A stretch of DNA of 64,000 nt from assembly GCA_020137815.1 (NCBI GenBank), contig CM035358.1, positions 2,914,001 to 2,978,000 on the forward strand. The letters run 5' to 3'. This stretch comes from Hormiphora californensis (lineage: Eukaryota > Animalia > Ctenophora). Of the stretch, positions 1-12,800 are shown piece by piece (within the stretch, counting starts at the first letter, position 1; the number at the start of each line of letters is the position of its first letter). Below the pieces are notes generated by a model. It ran no database searches, had not been told where the DNA came from, and was given only the letters and a program-made list of their open reading frames with translations. The position numbers were made by a program, and so were the translations under genes.

Positions 1-850
1 ACCTTTTAATTACATGTAATGACCCTTAATTACATGTAATGACCCTTAATTACATGTAATTACCCTTTAATTACATGTAATTACTTCCAATTACATTCCA
101 ATTACTTCAGCACCTCGAGAGCTTTCCAACGCACCCTAGAACATCTTTCTACTCCTTCTAATTGCCGAGTTCTGTTTACCCCTTATTTTGACTGTTTTTC
201 GCGTCCTACCCCTTATAGGTTTGGGTATGGCAATCGCCACACCCCCTATACGTCGCGGGATCTCGAGACCTTTCCAACGAGCCATAGAACACCTCTCTAC
301 GACTTCAGGGGGCTTCAAAACTTTCACTCTAAAAATATCTATGGTTATGGTTTTATGGTTTATGGTTTACCTCGACCAAAACGCGGAGTTTTTACGTCAG
401 CCGACCCGAAACCGGATTAAATTTTGCCACCCACTGGTCTCAGGGCCTCCAAATATGTCAAAATTTGTCTGAATTGTCATTTGGGGTCATTTAGACCTTT
501 TAATTACATGTAATTACCCTTTAATTACATGTAATTACATTTTAATTACATGTAATTACTTCCAATTACATTCCAATTACTTTAGGACCTCGAGAGCTTT
601 CGAACGCACCCTAGAACACCTTTCTACTCCTTATAATTGCCGAGTTCTGTATACCCCTTATTTTGACTGTTTTTCGCGTCCTACCCCTTATAGGTTTGGG
701 TATGGTCATCGCCACACCCCCTATACGTCGCGGGACCTCGAGACCTTTCCAACGAGCCATAGAACACCTCTCTACTACTTCAGGGTGCTTCAAAACTTTC
801 ACTCTAAAAATATCTATGGTTATGGTTTTATGGTTTATGGTTTATGGTTT
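1..850. repeat. ~475-bp tandem duplication containing TAATTACATG and TTATGGT sub-repeats
   Basis: Near-identical blocks offset by 475 bp (ORFs 136..327 and 611..802 are copies of each other). Confidence 0.9.
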
Positions 851-854
851 TATG

Positions 855-1396
855 GTTTTTTTTCATCTGGTATTAAGGGCCTGTCGGCTCGGCCCCGTTT
901 TTTTAGTTTTAGGGGGGATATTTTAGGGGGGATGGGTTGAGTTTGGGTTATATTCGGGTCGGGGGGCCTTGCCAGGCCCCGAATGGTTTATGGTTTTATG
1001 GTTTTTTTTTCATCTGGTATTAAGGGCCTGTCGGCTCGGCCCCGTTGTTTTAGTTTTAGGGGGGGATGTTTTAGGGGGGATGGGTTGAGTTTGGGTTATA
1101 TTCGGGTCGGGGGGGCCTTGCCAGGCCCCGAATGGTTTTTTTTTCATCTGGTATTAAGGGCCTGTCGGCTCGGCCCCGTTGTTTTAGTTTTAGGGGGGAT
1201 GTTTTAGTGGGGATGGGTTGAGTTTGGGTTATATTCGGGTCGGGGGGCCTTGCCAGGCCCCGAATGGTTTTTTTTCATCTGGTATTAAGGGCCTGTCGGC
1301 TCGGCCCCGTTGTTTTAGTTTTAGGGGGGATGTTTTAGGGGGGATGGGTTGAGTTTGGGTTATATTCGGGTCGGGGGGCCTTGCCAGGCCCCGAAT
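855..1396 (-). repeat. Four ~130-bp tandem units, each ending in a GC hairpin; probable terminus of a Helentron/HINE-like element
   Basis: The unit TTTTCATCTGGTATTAAGGGCC...GGGGCCTTGCCAGGCCCCGAA occurs 4 times. On the minus strand the end (hairpin + CCGACCCGAA) resembles the start of the element at 29900. Confidence 0.7.
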
Positions 1397-1975
1397 TGAT
1401 TCAGAATTCAAATTCAAGTGGATCACTTGTTTACAATGACATGACACTGGACAGGCTCAGGCTGCAAGGTCCCTGCCACTGACCTGGGAGTCCCAATGGT
1501 CGCTGCACTAATTAGAGGCAGTGTACTAATACTAATAGACTGTCAATGTGTATTATAGGGCGAGGGACCTCATCGACCCCATTCAACCCCAGTTGTCGAT
1601 ATATGGAGCACATCCAGTACCACCTGTCCACATGGCTACTTTTTGTCTGTAACCATGTTCGCGCTAATAAAACCGCCAATTTCAATAGAATTGTAAGACG
1701 TAGGCGCTTGTTGGCGCTAATTGGGTTGCAGACAAAAAGTGACCATATAATATTACGAGCAGAGGAAAACACGTAAATTTTTGTGTTTTTGTAATGCATT
1801 TGGAAGGTTCATCAAGCAACGATAACTCAAACAAAATCATAGTTCATCTCCTCGTTTTACACCTCAATTGAGCCGCTAAAAGTTCAAGTTGCACAAAAAT
1901 ATATCACTCAAAACAGTTCTTAAATCCACGATGTGTGCTCAATTAGTGTCCTTTCAATCCAGTTGTGATCTATCC

Positions 1976-4900
1976 TTAATCAGAGTCACCGCACATACAG
2001 GCGAAGGGTCTCTCGTGATGTTGTCCAAAACTATCGTCCCAGGATCCGGCCCTGTTAACCGCCACGTAGTGCTCAACTGAGGGGAGAGGTAGGGTTAGGA
2101 GTTGCACTATAATAGGGTTAGGAGTTGCACTTGCACTATAATAGGGTTAGAACGAGAACTGGATGAGTAATGTATTGGAAACTGGAGAGATTTGTTGAGT
2201 TTTACTTAACAAGGAGAGGTAGGGAATATTTTGGGGATAGAACATCCAAGGACTGGCCCAATTGCGGGCATGTATCAGTTAATGAAAATTAAAACTAATT
2301 GGTTATTTGTAGAATAATTCGGCACCTACCCGCTCCAAAATTAGCGGCGTGGTCAGGTTGTCGTCTATGCCAGGGGATATTGAACCCAATCTCTTCTCCA
2401 TCAAAATGAATGTATCCTTGTCCAGCGAGGTCATTCACACCAATCCAAACCTGGTAGAGAGATGTGAAATATGTTGAAATATCTGATTCGCATGTACGAG
2501 CGCGAGGTGCCAATGTCAACATTGTCAACAAGTGAGGGGGCTGTTGCAGCAGAGTAGAGAGCTTGAGGGGGTATAATAGCTAGAGGTACGGTAGGCGGTA
2601 AATGTTAACCAGATCTGAGAGAAAACGTACGTGCAAAACCACGTTTTTGTCCATAACTCAGTCATTTCTTGACCAATTTGCAAAATCTTGGGTGCGTTGG
2701 AAAGAGGACATTGAGCTCTTTTAAATGAGCCCAATAAAACTAAAATCGGCGCAAAATGCGCGGCGTCATGGCGCAAAATGCGCGTTTTCGCCACCACGCC
2801 GCGCAATTTGCGCCAATTTTCATTTTCTTGAGCTCATTTGAGAGATCTCAATGTCCTCTTTCCAATGAGCCAAAGATTTTGCAAATTGGTCAAGAAATGG
2901 CCGAGTTATGGGCAAAAACGTGCTTAATTCTCACAGATCTGGTTAACATTTACCGCCTACCTAGAGGTACCTACCCAATTAGCTGGAGGTACCTACCCAA
3001 TTAGCTAGAGGTACCTACCCAATTATCTAGATGTACCTACCCAATTAGGTAGAGGTAACTACCGAATTAGCTAGAGGTAACTACCCAATTAGCTAGAAGT
3101 ACCTACCCAATTAGCTAGTGGTACCTACCCAATTAGCTAGTGGTACCTACCCAATTAGCTGCATTCCATTCTTCCTCAGATTCTTGAGGTATGAACAGGT
3201 TTATTGCCTGGGTTAGTTCCTCGTTATCAGACACACTGAAAACAAGTGTTAGGGAAGTAGGAGTAAGGATCAGGAGTCAGGGGGATCATGACTCAGGAGG
3301 GGGATCAGGAGGGAGAGGTAGATCATTTATTGGCTGACTCTGATTCTGCTGTCTGGCTGCAAAGAGTCTTTATGAACCTCTAACCTCCTCAAGATATGGT
3401 CTTTACTAAAGACCATATCTTGAGGAGGTTAGAGGTTCATATCACAGTCCATACCTTCGGACTTTTGCGAGGGTTAGACCAGCAGCAGCACAGGCTTGTT
3501 CCGCGTTGGAAACAGTCATCTTCGTTTCAACTAGAATGTACTTTCCTGCAGCAGGGGGTAGTAGGTTGGCTGAATCTGTCTATCACCAAGTTAATTAATT
3601 TAGATCTTCAACTAATCAATTAAAATGTGTATTTGGAATTTGCAAACGATCTACTGCGATCTACTGTGAAACTCCGCTGCACCCTGTATGGCGGCGCCAT
3701 ACCCCATTTGATTCTCAGTGCGCTCAGATGGGTCGCGGCGCCAGACAGGCTGCACCAGAATTCACCTGTATAATCACACGCGTATGGACTGGTCTTGTAA
3801 TCAAAGCTATCATCCCAAAGACCCTTCTTGTACATCCTCACATGGTTTTGGGTGTTCATATCGTTATCTGGGAACTGGTCAGGCTGGTCCTATAAGGGGG
3901 TGTTTGAGGGGTAATATAAGAGAGAGGGGTAATATAAGAGAGAGGTCAGGCTGGTCCTATAATAGGGGTATTTGAGGGGTAATATAAGGGGGGGGGGGGG
4001 GGTAATTGAGAGAAGGATTGAATTCATCTAACTAAGTTGTTGGGGTAGAGTCTGTCACCCCTTACTCAACAAAAGGGGAGAGTGTAACACACATGTGTGT
4101 GTTACAATGGGTACATACATTATCCCAGTTCATCCAATCATCATCTGCTGGACTCATATCCTCCCACATCCAATCAGAGGTTGTCGATTTACCCTTCATT
4201 TTCTTTGCTGCACTCTGAAAATGATGGGTTACCTAGTTGCAGAGTGATCACAGTGCAGTGTGGGCACACAATGGGGTTGGGTTGCCTCTGAAACCCTATC
4301 TCTCCACGACCCGAAACCGGGGTTGGGTTGGGTGTCATAATTCATTGTTGTCCCTGGACGTGTCATAATTTAATATTTATTATCGTATTATTGTCCATTG
4401 ACGGATATAAAAAATGCGATTCTGTGGCCTGTGCTGAGCTATCTGGTATGATGTCATTATTTCCTTAGCAGTAATTAATAAACCGGGATTGGTAACCCGG
4501 ATACTTGAAGTGATCGTGGGAAATTTTGATAACTGGGGGTATCCTGGATCCGGGTTCCAGGTTTGGCATGTTCAGGTTAACCCGGGCATATCATAGTTGC
4601 ATATCCTGGTTGCTATCCTGGTTGCTATCCTGGTTGCTATAGCTATCCTAGTTCATATCCTGGTTCATATCCTAGTTGCTAATATCAACTAGTTCATTTA
4701 GAGATATTGGGATACCCCAATTACCAAATTTATCCAGGATCCCGGTTTACTAATGGCTACTCTTGTGACACTGACAACCATTCAAGAATCTAGATCAGCC
4801 TTGTTCAAACCCATTTTATTTTGCAGGGAGAGAGGGTCGAACAAGACAAGATTAGCCAAGAAGAGTATACCTTCATTTGAGCGAGGGTGAGGGAGCTTCC

Positions 4901-6648
4901 AGGAGCATTCAGTAGGTTTGCAATCTTGTGAAGACCAATCCAGCACCAATTCTCATCATGATACTTCCTTCTCTGGTAAAAAAGGGAAATTTAAAGACAT
5001 GCAGACAGAGAAAAGAGCGAGAGTTGTAAAATTGAGACTGAATATGAATATCAAATGGTTAACACTGCGGATTGTTGGTAGGTATGAGCACTCATGTGTG
5101 AAGAACACAGCTCTATAACAGTCTTAGATCTCACTTACATCAATCTCAGGTCCAACAGAAGGTCCAAAGGCCACCTTCATAAGATCACTCAGCTCATCAT
5201 TCTTCTGTTCGTTGTCAATTGTGGCCAGGGTACCCGAACCTAAAACCAGTATATTATTAACGGTGTTTCAAAATCAGGTGTGTGAGGGTTCGGTAGATCA
5301 AGAAAATTATAAATCTCCAAACCAGGGGAAAAGAATCATCCAGTAAATCAAGGTTTTACTGTTTCTTCAGAGATCTCCAAATTCACATAACCACTTACAA
5401 CGTCCATGATCAATGATCATAAATAACATAATAATATGAGGGTGTATAATGATCATCATGATCTGTATAACATACCTACAGTAGTGGTTTTGCCCAGAGT
5501 AACATCCTGACAACGTTTTGCGGCTGTAGCATAGTCAACGTGTTCGGTAAACAACACGTAATTGCAGGCTGGAGGGGGGATAGTTATGAAAATAATGCTG
5601 GGGGGGGGGGGATAGATAGTTATGCAAATAATGCTGGGGGTGATAGATAGTTATGCAAATAATGCTGGGGGTGATAGATAGTTATGCAAATAATGCTGGG
5701 GGTGATAGATAGTTATGCAAATAATGCTGGGGTGATAGATAGTTATGCAAATAATGCTGGGGGGGGGGGTGATAGATAGTTATGCAAATAATGCTGGGGG
5801 TGATAGATAGTTATGCAAATAATGCTGGGGGGGGGTGATAGATAGTTATGCAAATAATGCCGGGGGTGATAGATAGTTATGCAAATAATGCTGGGGGTGA
5901 TAGATAGTTATGCAAATAATGCTGGGGGGGGGGGGGGGGTGATAGATAGTTATGCAAATAATGCTGGGGGGGGGGGGGGGGGTGATAGATAGTTATGCAA
6001 ATAATGCTGGGGGGGGGGTGATAGATAGTTATGCTAATATTGAGAAGGGTCCTCAAACGATATTTGACCCGGTCAAGAGCGAGAAATCAAGCGCGGTAGA
6101 GAGAAGAAGGTCTCTACTTCCCGGAGAGAAAATTGGGAAGAAAGAGGGAAAGATAGACAAGTCCCGAGTTCACTAAAACTGTACAGAAATATAGGACTTT
6201 GCTCAGTCTCCTGTCTAGCTATGAGTCTACAAGTCTGCACAAGTTTTTCTATTTTGCATACTTACTGGCATACACGTTCCTATTCCCCGTTAGATCATTG
6301 AGAGCCTCAGCCTGGAGACCGACAGTCGTTTTGAGGGGCCATGTAATTAACCTGAAAATAGGAAATTGTGGTTTGGAAACACGGCCCCGAATTGTAGGTA
6401 AGGGGAAATATTTTACGGAAAGGAAATGGAAAAACTTCATTTCTGAAAACTACTAAAGGTTCAATTTGGAAATTAATTTCCCAATGATTGACGTGGTTCA
6501 CTATAATAATAACGGTGCCCAACCAAACAGATTCTTCCTGAATCGGCCAAAAATCTACAACTGACAAAAGCGAAAACAATTCTTCATACCCATTTGTTGT
6601 AGGAGAGATGAATACCAAAACTGGTAGAATGGCACGAAATAGGGACAT
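1976..6648 (-). CDS. Secreted tandem (two-domain) C-type lectin, about 11 coding exons, ~350 aa
   Basis: Hand-spliced, phase-consistent GT-AG model: signal peptide MSLFRAILPVLVFISPTTNG; domain 1 CNYVLF..AAKRC..LATID..WCWIGL..WMWED..DQPD..GLWDDSF..PYACDY; domain 2 KYILV..AEQAC..LAKV..WVWIGVND..QPDH..EHYVAVNRAGSWDDSF..PFAC; stop at 1976-1978. Confidence 0.88.
2590..2961. mobile_element. Palindromic Mutator-like MITE with 9-bp TSD
   Basis: TIR GGTAGGCGGTAAATGTTAACCAGATCTG at both ends, whole element an imperfect palindrome, TAGAGGTAC on both flanks (2581-2589, 2962-2970). Confidence 0.9.
2962..3160. repeat. 22-bp minisatellite (~9 copies) built from the lectin exon end and splice donor
   Basis: Unit TAGAGGTACCTACCCAATTAGC; its reverse complement contains GCTAATTGG|GTAGGTAC, the real exon/intron junction. 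Confidence 0.9.
3684..3748. mobile_element. Short (65-90 bp) TIR element family; other copies at ~20808-20870, 27343-27421, 33283-33346, 47178-47267
   Basis: Shared ends CTGT(C/A)TGGCGGC...GCCGCCAGACAG and shared core ACCCC.TTT.ATT...GCGCTCAGAT.GGGTC. Confidence 0.7.
5575..6035. repeat. ~31-40-bp minisatellite (~13 copies) abutting a lectin splice acceptor
   Basis: Unit (G)nTGATAGATAGTTATGCAAATAATGCT with variable G-run length. Confidence 0.92.
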
Positions 6649-6794
6649 CTTGACAGCTTTTGAATCGGACATATTGTCCGTTATTTATCCTCCTCCTTCT
6701 CCTTCTTGTCATTGTCGTGTCTATCGTTAGCTCAATTGAGCTAATTCTAGCTCAACTCAGGATCAGGGACATCTTCCCGTGATGTTAGGGGTTG

Positions 6795-6806
6795 AGAGAG
6801 AAAGAG

Positions 6807-6893
<87 letters not shown>

Positions 6894-6910
6894 GAGAGAG
6901 AGAGAGAGAG
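6795..6910. repeat. (GA)n microsatellite; further long GA/TC tracts at ~21455-21615, 35425-35575, 36285-36380, 40100-40290, 40575-40650, 42318-42370, 44870-44915, 46780-46920, 52435-52480
   Basis: Directly visible dinucleotide runs. Confidence 0.97.
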
Positions 6911-7433
6911 AATGCGAGAGGAGATAAAAAACTAGCACTGGATAAACAGATACAGGCTAATACACAGAATGGTTCGAGTCATGATCCATAACGTTATAAC
7001 TCTTTCTCATCTCGGTCTCTGTTTTTCTCGCTCTCGCTCTCTCTACTCGCTCTTGCTCTCTCTCTCCTTCCTCGCTCGCCCGCCCGCGTCGCGTCTCGAC
7101 AAGGAGGCGTTCTCTCTCTCGCTGATTAGCAGATAATGAGTTTGTGGGTGTGCGTACCCATTACGCACCCATTAGACAACTAAATCTGTCACTGGACAAA
7201 CTCTATGAGATAAGACATGTGATCTGTTTAGATTAATTTGTGATATATGTCTGATATTAAACATCCCTCTTTCTCCATATGACATTCAACCACCCCTCCC
7301 TCCCACAGTCCTTTTTCTATTGCTCCATCCACTCACCACCCCCTATCTTATACCGCCCCTCGTCCCTCTTCTTGGCATGATAAAAAACGTCCCTCCTCCA
7401 TCATGCACACGTCGCTATGTCGTCCCATTGTTA

Positions 7434-7465
<32 letters not shown>

Positions 7466-7499
7466 CCTTCTCGGGGGTATCATTCCAGTCGAGACCTTT

Positions 7500-8270
7500 T
7501 TATCTTCCCCCCCTTTTTTCCTCGGGAAAGGCCTCCCCCCTTTTTCGGCCCCCCCAAAATTTTGGGGGTTTTTTCCCAGGGAAAAAAAAAGGGGAAAAAA
7601 AGGGGAAAAAATTTTTTTGTTTTCCCCTTTTTCCCTCCCCCCCGCCCCTTTTTTTTTTTTTCCCCCTTTTGGGGGGGGGGGGGGGAAAAAAAAATTTTTT
7701 TTTTTTTGGGGGGGTTTTTTCAAAGGGCCGGGATTTTAACCCCCCTTTTTTTGGGGGGGCCCCCCCGGGGGGCCGGGGTTTTTTTCCCGGGTTTTTTAAA
7801 AAGGGGGGGGGGGTTTTTTCGTTTTTTTCCCCCCGGTTTGAGTTTCCCCTTTTTTTTAAAAAAAAAAAAAACCCCCCCCCCCCCTTTTTTTAAAAAAAAA
7901 AAAACCCCCCCCCCCGGGGGGAAAAAAAATTTTTTTTTTTGGAAGGGGGGGTTTCCCTTTACCCCCCCTTTCCCCCCCCTTTTTTTAAAAAATTTTGAAT
8001 AAAATTTTCTTTTTTTTAAGGGAAAGTCGAAAAACCCCCTTTTTTCCCAACCCACCCCCCCCCCCCCCCCAAAATTTTTTTTCAACTCCCCCATTATTCA
8101 CCCCAATGGGGCTTCGGGTTAAAAACCCCCCTCCCCCCCCTTTCGCCCTTTTTCCCCCCCCCCTTTTTCCTCTTTCTCTCTTTTTTTCCCTATTTTTCCT
8201 CCTTTCCTTTTTCCCCCTCCTCCCCCCTTTTCCCCCTTTCCCTCTTTTTTTCAACACTTTAAAAAAACCC
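7500..8270. other. Homopolymer-degraded low-quality sequence
   Basis: Almost entirely runs of C, G, T or A following a (CT)n tract, typical of a failing read. Confidence 0.75.
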
Positions 8271-9845
8271 AAAATGATCATGACTGTCCTGTCTTCGGAA
8301 AACCTAACTAAGGAATTAAAAAACCAAAAGGCCTATCATCAGTTTGATAACGTTTCCTTAGATAACAAAAATTAGGACGGTCATAGCGAATGAGTTTTGA
8401 TTTCTTTTCCCAAAGGGGAAAATCTTTTTCCCTTATCATTATAAATTTGCTAAAAAAATCAACCACCTTTTCTCTCTCCAGCTTTCTCAAAATAAGAAAA
8501 AAACAACAAAAAGTGTGCCCTATTGGCCAGGAACCCCGTTTTAGATAGCAGGATAAAAATATTTTCAATGACCTAATATCCTTTGGCAATTCAAAGATTC
8601 CTAGAATTCTATTCTAGTAGATTCCTAGAATTCTATTCTAGTAGATTCCTAGAATAGTTTATGGAAGTTTACGGACAAACTGGGTCAATCAATTGTTGTA
8701 GGGAAGAATAGGACTAATAGGTGTTTTTAGTGATGTCGTTTGGGTTGACTATAATCTTAACCGTAACGCCTATAAACGGTTATGCAACCATAGCCTGGTT
8801 GAATTTCTCTCTTGGACTGCAGGTGTCTCACTGGTACACTGTTTGATTCTATGAAATGCCTTGCCTATAATAGCTAGACTGTTTCACGCGCCCCGCAAAT
8901 GTAAAGGAGGGTTAGAACATAACAAGAAATGCCCACAACTTATTACCAAGTTTCAGAAAGAAATGAGAAATCCCTTGCATTGTAAACACAAGAATAACAG
9001 CTGGGATCCAAGGGAAATTAACATTTCAGGTTGGCTAAGCAGGTCTCTTCCAACCATATCATATGTAATGGGGGATATCATACGGTAATGAGGGATACCG
9101 TAATGGCACGGACTTTCCGTAACTGTCAGAGCATTGGTCACGGAGCGCGAGAACTGAGCTGTGGTCAGAGCATTGTCCTGACAGTTCCGTAACGTACGAG
9201 TGCTTCAGCAAGTCGTAGCGTATTGGTTGGTCACGCTTGCGCGAACCCTTACCGTTTTTCAGACCAAAACGGTTTTTCATTACCGTTTTCCACTACAAGC
9301 ACAGTAGTAAGGAAGATAATGAGCGGCCCTTTCTAAGGAATCCTGATCAGATCTCATTCCAAGGAAGTACCAGTAACAACTACCACAGACCCCTCTCTAT
9401 CTCTCTCGTATCGACCCGGGACCTCCATTCCTCATAATGTTGCAACAATGCTACTCAAAGGTCAGATTTTAGCAATGGTGCCCCCATCATGCAACATCCT
9501 CTCTCTCTATCTTATTTTCTATCGATCTTTCTATCTATCTTTCTTTCTATAACTCTCTATCTCACTCTCGCTCCCTCTCCCAGTCTCACTTTCTCACTCA
9601 GTCTCTATCTCTTCCTCATTCTCTCTCACTCCCTCACTGGAACTCTCTTTCGGTTTTCATCCTGTATATCAGGAAAGCTCCCGCTCACGCGACATTTCGA
9701 CGTTATCCCGGAAATCTTGGCTCCATAAAAGTTGCAAGTTGAAACCAAATCAAACTAGTTCAATATTTCCGTCGTTGGTGCTGAACCGTTATTCATCATT
9801 TGTTAATCTTGCTTTGTATTTGTACGGAACACACGTTCTTTGATC

Positions 9846-12800
9846 ATGTCATTAGTTTTGGTGTTAATAACAGGTAAACTACAACAGTAAAACCTTAATT
9901 TTCCGGATCTCGATTTACCGGAACCTCAATGGGCTAGACGGCTGAATTATCGACAAATTAATAAATTCATATCTAGCAACCCTGAGCAACCGCTCGAATT
10001 TGGTCAAAAGTGCTTGACAACTAAGAGCCTTTCTAGACGAGACAAAATCTCGTATGAGGCTCCTATAGTAGGCTCCTATAGGAGGCTCCTATAGTAGGTA
10101 GCAAGACCACTCTAAACGAGTAACTGGCTACTATAGGAGCCTCCTATAGGAGCCTCATACGAGGCTCGTCTAGAGATGATTTGGACCGTCGTATGAGGCT
10201 CCTATAGTAGCTATTGCACGTGATCGTTGTCACGTGTGAACGAAATATTATACCGGGGTAAATAATGGGTCGTGTTAACAGGGGGTGAAGTGTGAATGTA
10301 AGGCTTCCACAACGTCCCAGTTTCATATTTCGTTCACACGTGACAACGATCACGTGCAAAAGCTACTATAGGAGCCTCATAGGAGGGTCCAAATCATCTC
10401 TAGACGAGCCTCCTATGAGCCTCCTATAGTAGGCTGTAATGGTTCAAACTCTAACAGGCTGTTAGAGTAGAAATGAAGCTCTAGACGAGTATCTACCTAC
10501 TATAGGAGCCTCCTATTATAGGAGCCTCCTATAGTAGCCTCATACGAGATTTTGTCTCGTCTAGAGAGGCTCTAACTAAAAGCGCTATGCCCGAACACTA
10601 TCCTCGCTCTGCTAGGTGTGGCCTGACAGTATAACTCTAACCCCATATTTCATTTCCAGTTCTGTCCACGACTCTCCAGGGACTATTAGTGGAAGCCCGG
10701 CACTATGGAGCCCACCGAAACAAGTTCCAAATGGGTTCTACTGACAACGAAATAAATGCAGTAAAAATCATGGATAACACAGTTCATGGAGAGGATAGGA
10801 ACCTTAGAGAGGATAAAAGTCTTATTGACGAAAAGATCGCCAAATACCAATCTAGTAATAACGGATTTAGTGACAGAGATCAAGGAGAAGACTACATGAA
10901 CAATCTGTATGATCTGGCGGCAGAACTTAAAGAATATCTAGATGGATCGGAGAAGAAGATTAGTGAGTTTCTCGAGGCCATAGAAGACTCACCAGAAGAA
11001 GAAGGTTACCCTAAGTTAATGAACCAAAAAGTAAGTACTGTAGCAAATCGCTATAGTCCCCATAATTGATAGCAAATTTATTATTAGAAACGCCGGTGAA
11101 AATATCAATAATGCTGACAATAACCGCAGGTTCAGACTTATTTGGATAACAGACTGATTATTGGCTTTCGCGTGGAAGCAAAGGATGATGGAAATTTGCC
11201 ATACCCTATCAGAAACAAATCTAAAGACTTTTCTGAGACTTTTGAACATGTAAGTCTTAGTTTTGTTGACAGACAACTATATAATTATAAACCTAGAGAA
11301 ACATTTCGTGAGGAAAAACACAAACAATAATCATGCAACACATTTATTAGTTAATGCTGGAGTACAGTCAAAAGTGTACAGCACACACAAGTCGACGAGT
11401 GAAGCTGATTCGGCGACACCACGACCTAATCGCAAACTCTAGAACCAGATCTGACTCTGATTACCTAAACAACTTGGTCGGAGCCTTTCCTACCACAATG
11501 ATGAACAATAATGTGGAGACAAAAAGCAGCGGATTTACACTTTTCCCCCAGGTACTGTACTATTGTGCGGGGCGGATAACTGTTGTTTAAAACCACCCAT
11601 ACTATATGTATACAGTCGGACCCCGATTTAGTGGCCCCCGATTTAGTGGCACCCCGATTTAGTGGCAGGATTTTTTTCCCCCAAAAATTTTTTTGAAATT
11701 TTTTGAAATTTTTCAAAGAAACACCAGCCACTTCCGAATCGTTTTTCGAATCAGTGAATCTTATCGCATGTCCTGCTGCTAATTAGACGTTTCGATTCGT
11801 CCCGAACCGTCAAATTAGTAGCAGGACATGCGATAAGATGCACCGATTCGAAACAGGATTCGGACGTGGCTGGTATACCTTTAAAAATTTTAAAACTTTT
11901 TTTGCAAAATTTTATAGTAAGATTGCCAATGCTTTGATCGGTGCTCCCCATAAATTTTGAGAGAAAAAGTTATTTTGAAATTTTGATACTTCCTCACCTG
12001 CTTAGGGTGCCCCAATTCGGCATGGTATCACGTATCGGTTCGTTTCGAACCCGCTAATTAGACAGGATATCCAGTAAGCTGCACCGATTCGAAACACAAA
12101 TCGGTCGGGTCGGTATAACTTAGAAAATTTTTCACAATTTTTTGAAACAAGAATTATTGCATTATGTATTCATAATGCTGTGTTTCCCTGCCCTAGACCG
12201 TTTCACATGTCAGTGACATTGTCACTGCCAACAGGATCAAGGCTTGGTCATAATGTAATGTGAGATGCATACGACGCGATCTAGCTGTCAGTATACTTCT
12301 CACATAGCTTAGAGTTAGCTAACTCCCAATCACATGACACTTGCTAACCAGCTTTTGACATTCCAACTTAACTACTTATCTAACATCTCACACTCGACTC
12401 GCAAGATGAAAATGTGTATGTAACACGCGAAACGCGCAGCAGAGCATTTCATGTTTTGTTGAGTGGCGCGTGCACACACGTCCATCAAACTGTGTCAATG
12501 AGGTGTTTGATGAAGGAGTAGCTCGTCACTGTGCGCGCGGCTCTAGTTGCTACACCGTTTCCCTCGCAACGAAAGTGTGACCAAAAAATGTCCCTCTACC
12601 GATTAGTTAGTATACCAAAATGTCGTTTTCGAATTCTAACCCTGCTATGCCTTTTTACAAAGTAAAAAGGCATCCGGGTGGGAACCCGGGCAGGGAAAAA
12701 TTATTTTATAGTTTTCTATTTCTAATCAGAAATGATCATGTCAACAACACATGAACATTGCATATAACAGTTAGAGGTGTCTTTAGTTTTAGTATAGCAT

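Noticed and set aside
7320-8375. Several long overlapping F/P/G/K-rich ORFs
   Set aside because: They come from homopolymer-degraded sequence that lacks stop codons in all frames.
8590-9480. Possible gene between the lectin and the secreted orphan
   Set aside because: Only short ORFs, with no consistent splice pattern or motif I can support.
11550-11590. Possible extra exon of the secreted orphan gene after CCCCAG|
   Set aside because: It hits an in-frame TAA, and the flanking exons join in frame without it.
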